64,000 nt of DNA, taken from NCBI RefSeq assembly GCF_009914755.1, contig NC_060939.1. One strand, written 5' to 3'. The position numbers and the translations under genes are program-made. Source of the stretch: the human T2T-CHM13v2.0 reference genome, Homo sapiens. The notes beneath the pieces were generated by a model. That model searched no databases, was not told the origin of the DNA, and saw only the letters and a program-made list of their open reading frames with translations. Shown here one piece after another: positions 33,001 through 49,910 of this stretch (the first letter of the stretch is position 1; every line of letters begins with the position of its first letter).

Positions 33001-33400
33001 TTGATCTAATTTTATACATTAAATAGCATGAATACACCTCAAATATAGCAAAAGTAGCCATTACCAAAAAAAGTCTATAATGTTAGATTTCATTTATGTG
33101 AAGTTCAAAGCAGAAAAACATGGATCTATGGTGTCAGAAATCAAAACATTTCCCCATGCAGGAGTTGACTGCAGGCACAGAGGAAGACCTATGTTGGGGG
33201 TGGACTTGCTCTTCAGCTACCTTAGGTGTTGGGGACAAGGGTATTCACCTTTGCCAGAAACTCTCTAGTGATACATTTTAGATCTATGCATTTCTTCTTA
33301 TATGTAAATTTTATCTCATAAAACAAGAAATAAAAATGTATAAAATACTTTAAAATTCAGCAAATAATAAAAATAATATTAAACCCTTATATAAAATATG
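27090..33400. mobile_element. Mosaic of old L1 fragments (minus ~27090-28610 and ~29790-30980; plus ~30990-32720) with MST LTR+internal (minus, ~28614-29780) and MST LTR (plus, ~32211-32623)
   Basis: L1 ORF2 peptide remnants ([28 protein letters not shown]) and MaLR termini TGTATTAGTC / TGATTTGGTTTGGATCTGTGTCC. Confidence 0.75.
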
Positions 33401-33798
33401 AACATTATTAAATGAATTAATAAAGTACACTCAAGTATACCTAGCAAATTAAATTCCTGAATCCAAAAAGATAAGGGTAACATCTGTAACATAAAAAATA
33501 AAAAGCACACATTTCATAGAGAAGACAAAAATAGGACATATGTGGAACATGTATTCTTTTTTCTAATCAAATGTCTTTAAATTATTTACACAATATTTTA
33601 ATCTGTCATAAGTATAAATTACTAATATTCTGTTTGATATTACAACTATGAACAACTTTTAAAGAGAAAAGGATATTTTAGAACATGTGAAATAAATTGA
33701 ATTTATTCTCAATGTTGGTACAATGATTACACCTAAAAGTTCTAATAATACCCGGGTTTTCAGTGGGTCTTTTGAAAATTAATTTTAAGAGATAAACT

Positions 33799-34540
33799 AA
33801 TGCAAATCAAAACCACAATCAGATATCATCTCACACCAGTTAGAATGGCGAACATTAAAAAGTCAGGAAACAACAGATGCTGGAGAGGATGTGGAGAAAT
33901 AGGAACACTTTTACACTGTTTGTGGGAGTGTAAATTAGTTCAACCATTGTGGGAGACAGTGTGACAATTCCTCAAGGATCTGGAACCAGAAATACCATTT
34001 GATCCAGCCATCCCATTACTGGGTATATACTCAAATGATTATAAATCACTCTACTGTAAAGACACATGCACACGTATATTTATTCCAGCACTATACACAT
34101 TAGCAAAGACTTGGAACCAACACAAATGCCCATCAATGTTAGACTGGGTAAAGAAAATGTGGCACATATACGCCATGGAATCCTATACAGCCATAAAAAA
34201 ACAATGAGTTAATGTCCTTTGCAGGGACACAGATGAAGCTGGAAACCATCATCCTCAGCAAACTATCATAGAAACAGAAAACTAAACACCACATGTTCTC
34301 ACTCATAAGTGGGAGTTGAACACTGAGAACATATGGGCACAGGGAGGGGAACATCAGACACCAGAGCCTGTTGGGGGTGGGGGGCAAGAGGAGGGATGGC
34401 ATTAGGAGAAATACCTCATGTAGTTGATGGGATGATGGGTGCAGCAAACTGCCATGGCACATGTATACCTATGTAACAAACCTGCACGTTCTGCACATGT
34501 ATCCCAGAATTTAAAGTATAACAATAAAAAAATACATAAA
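33799..34540 (+). mobile_element. 5'-truncated L1PA 3' end
   Basis: Homologous to 1420-2490, with an A-rich tail. Confidence 0.9.
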
Positions 34541-35715
34541 AGAATAATCTTTAATAAAGAGACATCAGCATTCCGTATCAGAAAGAAATTGAAAATATGT
34601 AATACATATAAAGTCCTGATAAGAAACCTTGAATCATAGGAAGAGTCTCGTGTATGGTAGGTTGTAATATGTTTATTGTTAAAATTATCATCTTTATGTT
34701 GTTTTGAAAAATTAAACCAAAGCATAATAAAAGGAAGTGTTTTTGTGTTTATTTGGTACAACAACAGCATGTTGAGAAAACTGAAGAGACCTGTAATCCT
34801 GAGGAGGAGGCCTAATCCAAGGAGAGAGATGCTCCTGGACCTGTGGACACACATGGTTTGCCTGATTCTACCCATCTAAGAGCTACTGAAGACTTCGGGA
34901 GACATGAGAATGGATGAGTTCCTCAGGACGATTCAATCAGATCTGGACAGGGGGGAAAAATTCATGGCCTAGGGTAGATTAACAAATATAATTAAATTTT
35001 CATTGAAAATTGAGAAATTTTTGTTGTATATATTTATGGCCTGCAAAGCTATGTTATGATTTGTGAATACAATATGGAATAATTGAATCAAGCTAATCGA
35101 CATATATATTACCTCAAATCCACAAATCCCTATCACTTTTTGTGACAAGAATATTTGAAATTATTTCTTGGCTATTTTAAAATGACCAATACACTATGTT
35201 TAAGCTTACAAATAGACATCGATTTATGTGAATCATAGAGAATCATTGAAATCAATTATAGATTACTTTAATAATTTATATTTGTTTTTCATTAAGTTTG
35301 ATTCTTTAGGACATATTTTAGAATTGTTCTGTTATAATGTTAAATATAAAAGACTATACATGTATGCATAGGTTTGTGTATTTAATCGTATGTCTAGGAT
35401 GTAAATTAATGTCTCTATAGCTGTGGAGTAGCTGATATCAACAGACGTTAATAAAACTCTAGAAGAATAAGAGTAAATAATTAGGAAGAATTATTTCTTG
35501 AAGTTATGTATCTTTAAAAAATATCCCTACATATAAATTTTAAAATTACAATAACACAAATATCAATAAAAATACATCATAAATAAAAATAATAACATAT
35601 CGCTAACTCATAAAACTCCAGAGTCCTGCAAAAACAAACCTGCCTCCTGCATCTGAGAAAGGAAACCGCCCCCTGCCCCTGCTCCTGGGACCTGTCCCTA
35701 TCTCAGTGGTCCCGA

Positions 35716-35789
35716 GCGCTCCCTGGTGGCCCCGCACGCCCCTGCAGGGAGGTTTGTGTCTGGGCTCACGCTGACCTCCCCTCACTGTG
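35716..35789 (-). promoter_or_regulatory. Intact 23-RSS (CACAGTG-23-ACACAAACC, 35751-35789) and downstream CTCF-like motif CCACCAGGGAGCGC (35716-35729)
   Basis: Read directly. The CTCF motif has one mismatch to CCACCAGGGGGCGC. Confidence 0.85.
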
Positions 35790-36251
35790 TCTCTAGCACA
35801 GTAATACACGGCCAAGTCCTCGGTTTTCAGGCTGCTCATTTGCAGATACAGCGTGTTCTTTGAATCCTCTCTTGAGATGGTAAGTCTGCCTTTCACAGAC
35901 GCAGCATATTCTGTCGTGTAACTGTTAGCTTTGTTTCTTATTAAACCTACCAACTCTAGCCCTTTCCCTTGAGCCTGGCGGACCCAGCTCATGTAGTGGT
36001 CACTGAAGGTGAATCCAGAGGCTGCACATGAGAGTCTCAGAGAACCCCCAGGCTGGACCAAGCCTCCCCCAGACTCCACCAGCTGCACCTCACACTGGAC
36101 ACCTGCAAACACAGAGACACCCTGGTCAGAAACTGCCACAGAAATCCACTGTTTCTCTCACTCATGTCCCCTCACACTCAATCTCTCTATTTCTCCATGA
36201 ATCACCTTTTAAAATAGCAACAAGGAAAACCCAGCTCAGCCCAAACTCCAT
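35790..36251 (-). CDS. IGHV3OR15-7: IGHV3 orphon V segment (IGHV3-72-like), open frame; leader 36206-36251, exon 2 35790-36102
   Basis: [87 protein letters not shown]...[12 protein letters not shown] intron. Confidence 0.93.
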
Positions 36252-36377
36252 GGTGAGCCCTCTGTGTTCAGTGCTGATCTCTGAATGGAAACACCTGGGA
36301 ATCTCATGGCTGGGGCTCCTCTCCCAGAGCTGCAGGGTCAGGGCTGGGCTGGTTTTCATCAGCAATGGAAGGGGCCC

Positions 36378-36385
36378 ATTTGCAT
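36378..36385 (-). promoter_or_regulatory. Ig octamer ATGCAAAT
   Basis: Exact match upstream of the IGHV3 leader. Confidence 0.9.
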
Positions 36386-37928
36386 GTCTCCTACTATATA
36401 GCGAGTTCTGGAAGGGATGCCTCAGAGTGGGCTGTGTCCCAGAGTGGATATGAGCGATTATATGTCATAAATAATTAATTATCATTAGCATGTCTACTTT
36501 TAGATGCACATGAATTATGCTCCGTGAGAGTCAAGTTTTCCTTCATTTACAAATGTGAACATAAACTCCCAAGCATGGAGGGGCCATGTGACGTGTCTAC
36601 GAGCTCACATCTGGTAAGAGCCAGTCTCACTGTCTGGCCTGTGTTTCTCAGGACTGGATCCAACTGCTTCCTAAATTAACTCTAGGACAGAGCAAGAAAT
36701 TCTGAGTGAGGTTTACAAAATCCTCTTAATATAATGATATCATATTATTTGGCTGTATCTTAGTGTTTTTCTAAATAATATAGAAAAACTGAGGATTCAT
36801 TCGCATGTGTATTCAGAAGTCTAAGGCTTTTCTTGTACTATTTTTATCTCTCTCTTTATCTTTTTCTACCAAATTATACACTTTTATTTTTTATGAGATA
36901 ATACTGAAAAATTGTAGTCTTCACCTAATATCTTCTCAGTTTGACAAATATTGACATAATCATCACCACTCACAGATAAAACAAATCAATTAGCCTCACA
37001 ATTTTCTCTTTTTCTCCTGAAATTTCCCTTTCTACACCTTTCCTCCTCTTACCATGTAGAAGTCAGTTAGGTATCTTCATTATGTAACTTGCAATGAGTA
37101 TTCGCTTTGTACATTTTATAAACTGGAGTCATATGTATGTGCTTTGACTCATTATACTTATCATGTGTACTTGTGAATTGAACCACACTGTTGATCATAT
37201 CCAACATTAATTGATTGTAGTAATGGGTACTATTCCAATAAATGACTTTTCCACAATTTGTTTATTGATAAAGCTGCTGATTAATATTTGAATTTTCAGT
37301 TTCTGTGTATTTCAAATAAAGCTGCTGCTCAGCTCAGAGAAGTACACAGCTGAGAAACATGTTCTTAATCTTACAACAACATGAACAACTGCTAAACTGG
37401 TCAAGTTGCAAATGAATCAATTTGCTTTAATGTATCAGGTAATTAAAGTTATAGCACCCCGTGTGTTTGTCAGTGTATGTGAGAGAAAGAAAGAAAAAGG
37501 GAGGAAAGGAGACTGAAAAAGAAAGTGATTCCACAAAAATTTTAATTTATGAAGTCTTCAAATACAAGGACTTATTCCTAATGAATGGGGTCCACATAAG
37601 TTGAAGCTGAAGAGTCTAACATATGGCTATATATTTATAATATAAATATTATTCTCTAAACATATAAACACTCATACACATGAGACTAGATATAGTGGAG
37701 GGTGTCTAGTGGTGCAATGAGAATGTGGCACAAAACCCCATCTCCAGGGCCTTTCCCCACCTGCTGTACCTGCCCTGATGCTGAGCCTTGAGCCTGCCTG
37801 ACCACTGAGCCCCACAATGCTCCTGAGCCCCCATGCGGTGCCAAGTGCCCCCTGGTTCTCCCTGCTGGTTCCTGAGTACTTGCTTCTGTCCTCAGCACCC
37901 TCAGCTGTCCTGTGAACCCCCACAGGGA

Positions 37929-38799
<871 letters not shown>

Positions 38800-39206
38800 A
38801 TTTAAACCTAAATGTTATTGTTGTTGATTCACTAAACAAAATGTGGCACTCGTTTTTATTGAGTTGAGATACACAAAACATAAAATTTACCATTTTAGCC
38901 CTCATTAAGTGTATTGGTCAGTGATACTTTACACATTCGCAATGCTGTGCAACCATCACCACTGTTTGGTTTGGGAACATTTTCATCTCCTCAAAGAAAA
39001 CTGCAGCTCCATTAAGCATTACTCTCCATTTCCCCTCCACTCACCTCCTGGGATCTGTCTCTAGGGATTTTCCTCCTCTGCATACTTCACGTCAATGGGA
39101 CAATTCAGGGTGTGGACTTCTGTGTCTCCCTCAGTTCACTCACCCAATGTTTTCAAGGCTCATCCAAGTTGCAGCCTATGTCAGTGCTTCACTCCTCTTT
39201 AAAGCT

Positions 39207-39421
39207 GGGTTAGAGACACACAGACACACCGCAGCCTCTTCATCCCTGTGGGTTACCGACACTCAGACACACCATGACATCTTCATCCCAGTGGGTTACA
39301 GACACACAGACACACCGCGGCATCTTCATCCCTGTGGGTTACAGACACACAGACACACCACGGTGTCTTCAACCCTGTGAGTTACAGACCCACAGACGCA
39401 CTGCAGCATCTTCATCCTTAT
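39207..39421. repeat. 43-bp minisatellite, 5 copies, inside a minus-strand old L1M 3' end (~38850-39600)
   Basis: Unit GGGTTACAGACACACAGACACACCGCGGCATCTTCATCCCTGT starts at 39207, 39250, 39293, 39336 and 39379. Confidence 0.92.
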
Positions 39422-39679
39422 GGCAGTCGATGGGCACTTGAGTTGTATTCTCCATTCGACTACTGTGAGTGGTGACACTAGGTACACTTGTATATGAGGT
39501 TTTCAGTGAAGACCATTTTCCAAAGTTGCTGTCCCATTTCAGTACCAACTGGCAATCCACAGCCATTCTAAATTCAGTATGTTTTTACCTACAAGTGATT
39601 ATGTTTTTTCTATTTAGTTTTGAATACTTGTTTTCTCAGTGTGTGCAAGGCAGTAATCTATATGGAACTTAAATTAGCA

Positions 39680-40280
39680 GCATAAATCAAATAACCCCAT
39701 TAAAAATGCGGAAGGGACGTGCACAGAAACTTCTCAAATACAGACACAGAAGTGGCCAACTAACATACAAAAATGCTCAGCATCCTCAATAATCAAATAA
39801 GTGCAAATCAAAACCAAATGAGATACTATCTAACACATGTCAGAACTGCTATCACTAAAAGATCAAAAATTAACAGATGCAGACAAGGCTATAGAGAAAA
39901 GCGCCACTTACATATGTTTGGTGAAAATGTAACTTGGCCAAAGCACTGTGGAAATCAATCTAGAGATTTCTCAAATAACTTAAAACAGACCTACAATTCC
40001 CCTCAGCAATCCAATTCCTGGGTATATGCCCCAAAGAAAACAAATTATTGTAACAAAGAAAACACATCCCCTCATGTGTGTATCACTGTGCAATTCACAG
40101 TACCATAGACATGGAATCAACCTAAATGTCCATCAGTTATAGACTGGATAAAGAAATCATGGTTCTTATACACAGTGGAATACTATGCAGCTATAAAAAA
40201 GAATGAAATCATGCTTATTTGCAGCTACTTGGATGCAGCTGGGGTCAAAAATTCGAAGCTAACTGACATAGAAACAGATG
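39680..40280 (+). mobile_element. Old L1 ORF2 3' fragment
   Basis: QMRYYLTHVRTAITKRSKINRC motif. Confidence 0.8.
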
Positions 40281-41571
40281 ATAAGAGTCAATGGGAGAGG
40301 AAATGAACATTTTGGGTGTTGCTCTGTGTACAATTAAGAAAAGAAATCCCCGGGTGCATGAACACTTGAAATACAAAAGCCTGGAGACACTCATGTCCTG
40401 ACTTCCATTTCATTAGGTTGTGCTTTCTCTCATTTTTTTTTTCAGTTAAAATTGCTTTCCTTCACTCTTGGCCAAGATAGCCACACATAATCATCGAGAG
40501 ACATTACAATAAAAATAACACATCTGAACATTAGAACAAATGCTAACTTTTAGGTCAAAGTTATTGTGGATTCAGTGTGATAGACAGGAGACATGGCTGA
40601 ATAGTAGCAGTGTGCTCACAGTAATTTTATCTAAATTATGAAAATTTGTTTACATCTGTTAGATTAGATTCCCATTGAAATCCTTGATCTAATATCATCT
40701 CTGATGCATTATACATCGGTAATGAAATGAGGTTATGCACTCAATTGAGTAGTGCAAACTTTCATTCAGCGTTTGTTCCTCTACGTGATGTAAAGTCAGC
40801 CCGGATGGCAGAATTTATTGCAGTCAACAGAGCTCATCAATAAGCCAAAGACAAGGATTAAACACATGTTCTAGAGGAGTACCTGACTTTGTGATGCTCT
40901 TCATGCAAAGAAATTTCTCACATCTTCTGGAACATGTAAAAATGCACAACAAAATAACACATTTTAGATGCACTCCTACATTTTAGAGACCTGACTAATA
41001 TAACTTGGAAAGTAAAAACTGAAAGGAAAATGACATAGCATACCAACTAAAAGTATACATATTGTAGTGGGTTATCACACCAAGTAAGCAGTCTTATCAG
41101 TCAGGAGTTTATAATATTATCTAAATATGGAAGGCATTAGCATTATGTATACAACACAGCATCCGTCCCATCCACAATTTTCTGAAAATGTTGAAGAAAA
41201 TTGTCATCCTTAAACTAAAATTGTCCAAACCTTAAGAAAATCTTGAACTTCCTTGGCCAAAGGTTCTCTCCCTAGCAAGACAGCCTTATAGTTAACACCC
41301 TCAGGGAGACATCAGTTGTTAGCCTATTATTTGGTAGCTGGAAGGCCCATACATTTACCCACACTATTCATCAACAGATTAAACCATCATTTCCCTACAT
41401 CTTTTCAGTAACCTCTAATAAGATTAAAGAGGGGAATTATATCTATTGTAAGAAACATCAGGGTAGAATATTGCTCTTGAACCACTTTGGAAGGAATTTT
41501 ACCAGGTACTTTTAACCACAACACAGCAGTGAAATTGCAGAAAGTCAATAGTTGGGTTCATATTTATAAAC

Positions 41572-42458
41572 TGTAACCTAAAAATAAATCCCTAAAACCC
41601 ACCACTGATTAAATAGTCCATCTCTTGGCCTAGGGAACCCCCTAAAAATCTAAAAACTTTTTCCAACCATGACTAAACAAGAGATCAGACACGCCTCGTT
41701 ATACCTACTCCCCTTTGTGGTTTAGTCACAGCAGTGACCAACACTCATGTTAAAATAGAGATCTTAAGACTGACAGAAGAGTGGCAGTAAGATGTCAAAT
41801 TATAAACAAGACCTAAGGCCTTGCCAGGCAAGGATTTTGCCACTCACTTCTACACTTAAAAGATAAACTATGTTTTAACTGCCAATAGGTTATTCCTTTT
41901 CTCTAGTGGCTCAGTAAGCACTGGCACTGAGACAAGCACTATGAAGACAATTGCAGCCCATCCCCTGATGAACTGACCCCCTGTTCCACAAGCCATAACC
42001 CCAGCTTTGATTGAACATTTGCTATCAGGATCTTTTTCCTGATCAGAGGCCACTGACCATGGCCTGGCTCTGGCCGTTTACAGAATGTGCACCCTGAGTG
42101 CCTTTGTGTCTCTGCTTCTGCTATTTGCACATAGGGCCTGACTGTAATGGATTTAAATGCTAAGTCACCACTGGTGAGTGAACAGGGCTCATAAGCTTCA
42201 TGTGTGTTTGTTCAGTATGCGTGTGTCAGGACAACCTCCATGAACATCCATAGCCCCTCCTGTAACCTGTTGATTAAGTCTGTTTAGCCAAACAGTTCAG
42301 CATAAAGCTTCTGCCCAACCCCTTCTTCTTGGGAGTGCCTGTCTCTCATTTTTACCAAATCTATGCTTTCCAGTGTATAGGATGGCTGTAACCCTTGATA
42401 AAAATATAGTCTCAGTTTCCTAATTTGTAGATTGTGGTATTTTTAAATATTTAATACA
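41572..42458 (+). mobile_element. ERV1 MER4-group LTR, preceded by ERV integrase-like remnant and followed by another LTR-like segment (~42560-43200)
   Basis: TGTAACCTAAAAATAAATCCCTAA..CTCTTGGCC..CAGACACGCCTCGTTATACC matches recalled MER4-group 5' ends. Confidence 0.65.
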
Positions 42459-43669
42459 ACTGAATATTAAATTCAGAACTTCATCTAATTATTAGACTAC
42501 TTTAGTAAAGTATGACAAACTGTGGATATCCTATAATAATTTTTATATACCCTATAAGGGCCTGTGATATTTTGAAGCAGGAAGCTGACCTGAGACCTTC
42601 AGAATAAACTGATCACTGTGGATAATGAAAAGGCCCCACCCAGGACATTGATTGAGCACCCCTGCCTGTCTCATTCCTTCTTCTCTTTCTTTTTATTATG
42701 TGCTTACCATAATAAAAATTTTTATTGTCTTTAGATCTGTTTGCTTTTCACACATAGTGGACTCATCTCTCTTTTTCACTCATTTTCTTAAACTGCTAGG
42801 GAGAATAAAGTGTCAGGTCCTATTTTGGTGCTCACTGCTGATGAATTAAGGTTTATTCTTCTTCTTCCTTGTCCCCCACATATGGGAAATCTAGTAAGAA
42901 ATCGTAGAAGCTCCCTTATCTGATGCCAGTGTGAGGTTTAAATCACACAAGCTCCTTCTCCTGAGTAGAAACGTGCCCCTACCCCCAACCCCACCACCAA
43001 ATCATTATAAAGCCCTGAGCCAGCCTCCTTTCCTCTTCCATTGAAGAAATTCCAGTTTGGAATTTCCTGAGAGGCCTGTGCTGCTCTCAGCAGACAATAA
43101 TAGAGTTGGTAAATCTTTTCATAACCACCTGAGGTGTGAGTGTGGCACTATCAGACCTGACATCCACACTAACAATTGGTGGGCTCTCTCTTCTTTTGCA
43201 TGGGGTCACCTACAATTGGAACTATGGGTTTGGAGTCCTGACAGTGACCACCACAGGGCCTTTCTTCTTTTGCACTGGATGCTAACTCCCTCTGCCCCAG
43301 TGCCCAGCATGCACTTTATCCTGCCTGCTGCTCACTGACCCTTGGAGTTCTGTTGAGCTGGGCTGCAGTGTTGAGTTAAACACCACACCTTTTATAGATT
43401 TAGCTGATTGAATTCAGAAGCATTGATAATTTATTCACATTGAGAAACAGGAGTGATTGTAGGTGACTCTGCCTTTGGTGCATGTGAGAAAATTTTTCTC
43501 TTGTCACCACAAATGTTTCTTCTTCAGGAAGAACAGGATAAGGAATCCAGAGAAGTGCCCCAGAGGAAACTGTTTCATGGAGAGGAAGCCACAGGGCTGA
43601 CAGGAAACCAGACCTTAACCTCCCTCTGCACCTGCCCTGAGGCTGGCTTTTGTGCTCAGTGGGTCCTGA

Positions 43670-43800
43670 GTGCCCCCAGCTGGTCCTGTTCCCTCTTCAG
43701 GGAGGCTTGTTTCTGGGCTCATACTGACATTTTTTCTAATTGTGTTCCCCAAAATGGAGACAGAGTAAACCGTGAATCCATGCATCTCAGAGAACAGAGA
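43670..43800 (-). pseudogene. V-type RSS/CTCF remnant with almost no V body
   Basis: Plus-strand CAGGGAGGCTTGTTTCTGGGCTCATACTGAC parallels the V3 RSS flank CAGGGAGGTTTGTGTCTGGGCTCACGCTGAC. Minus-strand CCAGCTGGGGGCAC at 43670-43683 and GGATTCAC remnant. Confidence 0.55.
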
Positions 43801-45149
43801 ACAGCAGAATTACACCCACTGATCCCCCCACACACATTTAGGTAAATCTTATTAAAACTGCTGAAAAGGAAAGACAAATAGAAATATACGCAGGCAAGTG
43901 GAGGTGAGCAGAGGGGGCATTCCTTCCAAAAGAACAGAAAAGATGATGACAGCATTCTTCTGGTTAAAACCTTACAAGCAAGAGGAAAGTTGATGGTATC
44001 TGTAAAGTGTTGGATGAAAAGTCAACCCATTATTTTATAACGCATGGGTGTTCTCTAAAAAGTGAAAAAAAATTCTATTTCTCTTTGACAGCATGAGGGT
44101 TTCAGTGAATCCAGGCCCTCATGAGACCAGTGAAAATTATTTTGAAAAATTACAGGGTTTGGAAAGGCTCTAACAACATAAAGCAAGTGAAGAAATATTT
44201 ATTCAAGAAAATCTAGAAAACTCAGTAAGGCCAGTCATCATACTTGATCTAAGATGCTCTTCCTTCCTTCCACATCCCAGCTCAGCATGATGTAAACTCC
44301 ACTGCGGACAGATGCAGCCAAGAAGACAGGTCACCTTCTACCAACTCCCACCAGAGGAAACTCTTCCCCAGGACCCAGTACGTTGGCCCTCTGACCCTGC
44401 ACACAGCACATGATGCTGAGGTTCAGTGCTGAACAAGAGCTACTGAGAGCCAGAGACTCACTTCTTCCATGGAGCCCCACTCATGGATGGAGGCTCTGCC
44501 CCGGGTCCAGTGCCACTGGGAACACTGGGTCTCTGGTTTCTAGCTCTGTCCTATGGCAGAGGTTCCATCCCACAATAACCGAAGTGCTGAGAAGGTGGGA
44601 AGCTCCTGCCCGACCCTCCACTGAGAGCTCAGCTCCTAGGCTGAGGAATAAAACAGCTCAACTTTGTCTACACCTGCAGAACCTTGTTTAGGAGCTCTGT
44701 CCCAGGAGAGAGGGGGCAATGGAATTCAGTCATAAAATATGATCCTTAATTAGTCCTAAAAATCCTAACTTCAGTAACAACAGAATGTGGACAAATTGAA
44801 AGCCTGCCAGTGCTCTCAAAAACAGTGGATGGTGTGGTGGAAAGCCCTTGGAAGGAGATGGGTGGATGCATGGGAGATGCAGGCTACACTGCAGGGCTGC
44901 TGGCTTGCAGGAGAGAACCGAGGACGAGGGAGAGCTGGGGAAAGTTCTCTTGTGGTTGAAATAAATGCCAGACACTCTTCAATGGAGCCCATGTTTGTTT
45001 GGTTCAGTCTGTGAAGTAATTCAAACCTCAGTGCATGATTGAAAATAGTACAATTTTCCATCTGCAAGTGGCAGAGCTCAACATCTGGGTCTGGTCAGGA
45101 GAGAGACAGAGAGAGCCCAGCCCAAACCACTGACACCTGGGGTTGACAG

Positions 45150-47640
<2,491 letters not shown>

Positions 47641-49754
47641 GTACCCTAGAGCCTTGATTCTCCTGAGGCCTCAGTAGTGACCTGCTCACAGTTAGAACTC
47701 TGTTGACTCAGTGGTGTTTCTATGAGTGTAGTGATTCGTGGTCATGGGGTGGTTTTCCTAAAATTGTGGACAATTCTGTTTTGATGTTCAAGCATGTGCT
47801 AAAAATTTCACAATAAATGTGTCTGTGAATTTTCCATTTCATTTCCACATTACTCCTTGGACTTACTGAGATGTGTTTGTGATGTCAAGATGAGGTGTTT
47901 TTCTTTCCAGGTGTTGGATTTTTTACCTATCTGGGTATTTATGGGCTCCCTGGGTGGAAATAAGCCGCATCCATCACACCTACCTTATGGAATTTTTAGA
48001 AATTTATTTGTGCACTGCCACTGTGAGACACTCCATGATGATGACACATTTCATTTATGTTATTGTTTCATAAAATTACTAGTGTACCTTCCACTCTAGA
48101 AGAGAAGATGCTGTCTGGATTTTCATAATTCCTCCTGCTCTCTTATCTCCACATTCTTCTTTGACACCATATCTGCAGCTTAAGAATGACATACGCTACT
48201 GACATTTGTATTTGGTCCCTTAAAGTGATATGAACCTAAGGAACTGGTGGCCGCATATCAGTGATGCATCTGGCTCAGGTAATAGGAACCTTTCGTGCTG
48301 AATCTTGTCAAACTGGATACAGCCTCGGCTGTGTCCTGTTGAGTTAGGCATAGAATAGACAGCTTCATTGCCAAAGAAAAAAAGTAGGGGGTAAAATGGG
48401 TGGTATGTCTCCAGCAAATACAATGCATAGGAAAACAAATTGCCATATGCTTTAAGGCTCCGCTGCAATCATCTCTGAAACAATCTTTTTCCTTCTCAGC
48501 TTATTTGGGTGGCAGAGTCAGCTCCAAGGCTGCAGGCAGAGGCACCGCTCCTGAAGCACTGCTAGGCCCAGCTCCCATGTCAAAGGCCTCATGCAGCCCT
48601 ACACACAGGGCTGGCTGGTTGCTCCCAAGCCCAAGCCTCTGTTGGGTGGTTTCTTCCTCAAGATTTTAGAAACAGGCTTTCTGGTCTGTTGAAATAAAGG
48701 CAGTGGTCTGATAGTTTCTAAATAAATTTAAAGCTTATTTTTTCTCCCTTCCAGAAGAATCATGTACATTTGCTGCCAAGTAGCTCTATTATTCCAGGCC
48801 ATTAAATCTGAAAGATCTAACAGTTTTCATCAGATTTGTCTCAGGTCAATTCTCATTCTTTAAAACCTGAAATATTTCTTTTCATAGAGTATCTTAGGCT
48901 TCTTACTGAGTGATATTTCAGTCATATACTCAGTGTTCTTTGTAGAATACAGTTTCTGATTTTGGCAATATGGATAGGTTGAGAATTTTCTAAGTGCTCA
49001 GGTTTTTTATTCTTTTTCGTTTCTATTTTTTTCTGATTTTAATTTATCTACCTCACTTGTTATAAGCACTCAGGAGGAACCAAGCAAAATATCTTCAACA
49101 CTTTACTTAGAACTATTCTCAGCTACTCACAAGTTCTCACTACTCGCAACTTCTCTTTCACTAAATATTATATCACTGTCCAGCCAAGATTTTTTTAAAA
49201 ACTTTATGATAAGGATGACTATTGCTCCATTTTCCAAAACCACTCTACTCATTTCTGTCTATCAGCATGACCCTCAACATACAAATTTCTTCATATATGT
49301 CAAAGGTACCCATCCTTTTACACATAACCCAATTCCAAGCTACTTTCACAATTTTCAAATAATTGTAACATCAGATTTCCACTTCCTAACCCCAAATTTT
49401 CTTTTGTCAGTTTAAGATGCCATTACAAACTATCATATTTGGTGACTCATGCAACATTAATTTTATTTCATTTATCAGTGCTGTGAACTCCAAGATCAAG
49501 ATGCTGACAAGATAGGTTTTATTTTGAGGCTTCCACTTTTGGCTCAGAGCAGCCATCATATTGTTACTTTTTCATATGATCATTTCATTGTAGGGCATGT
49601 GTGTGTGTGTGCATGTGTGTGTGAGAGAGAGAGAGAGAGAGAAATAGAGAGAGAGAGAGGCTGTCTGGTGTCTTTACTTATGAGGTCAGTAATTTCATTC
49701 TGATGTTTCACCCTCATCATCTCCTTTAAAATTCAGTACTTTCTTTCTTATAGA

Positions 49755-49910
49755 AAGCAGCCCGACAGAAATTTGCAAACTTCCTTTGTGATTTTTATTA
49801 TTATTATTTTTTAGCTCATCAGCTATTTTCAGTGTTAGTGTATTTTATGTGTGGCCCAAGTCAATTGTTCTTTCAATGTAGCCCAGGGAAGCCAAAAGAT
49901 TGGACACCCT
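49755..49910 (-). mobile_element. MER30 (hAT-Charlie) fragment
   Basis: Reverse complement CAGGGTGTCCAATCTTTTGGCTTCCCTGGGC..CTTGGGCCACACATAAAATACACTAACAC. Confidence 0.8.

Noticed and set aside
39207-39421. CRISPR-like array
   Set aside because: Contiguous tandem units without unique spacers, no cas genes, human context.
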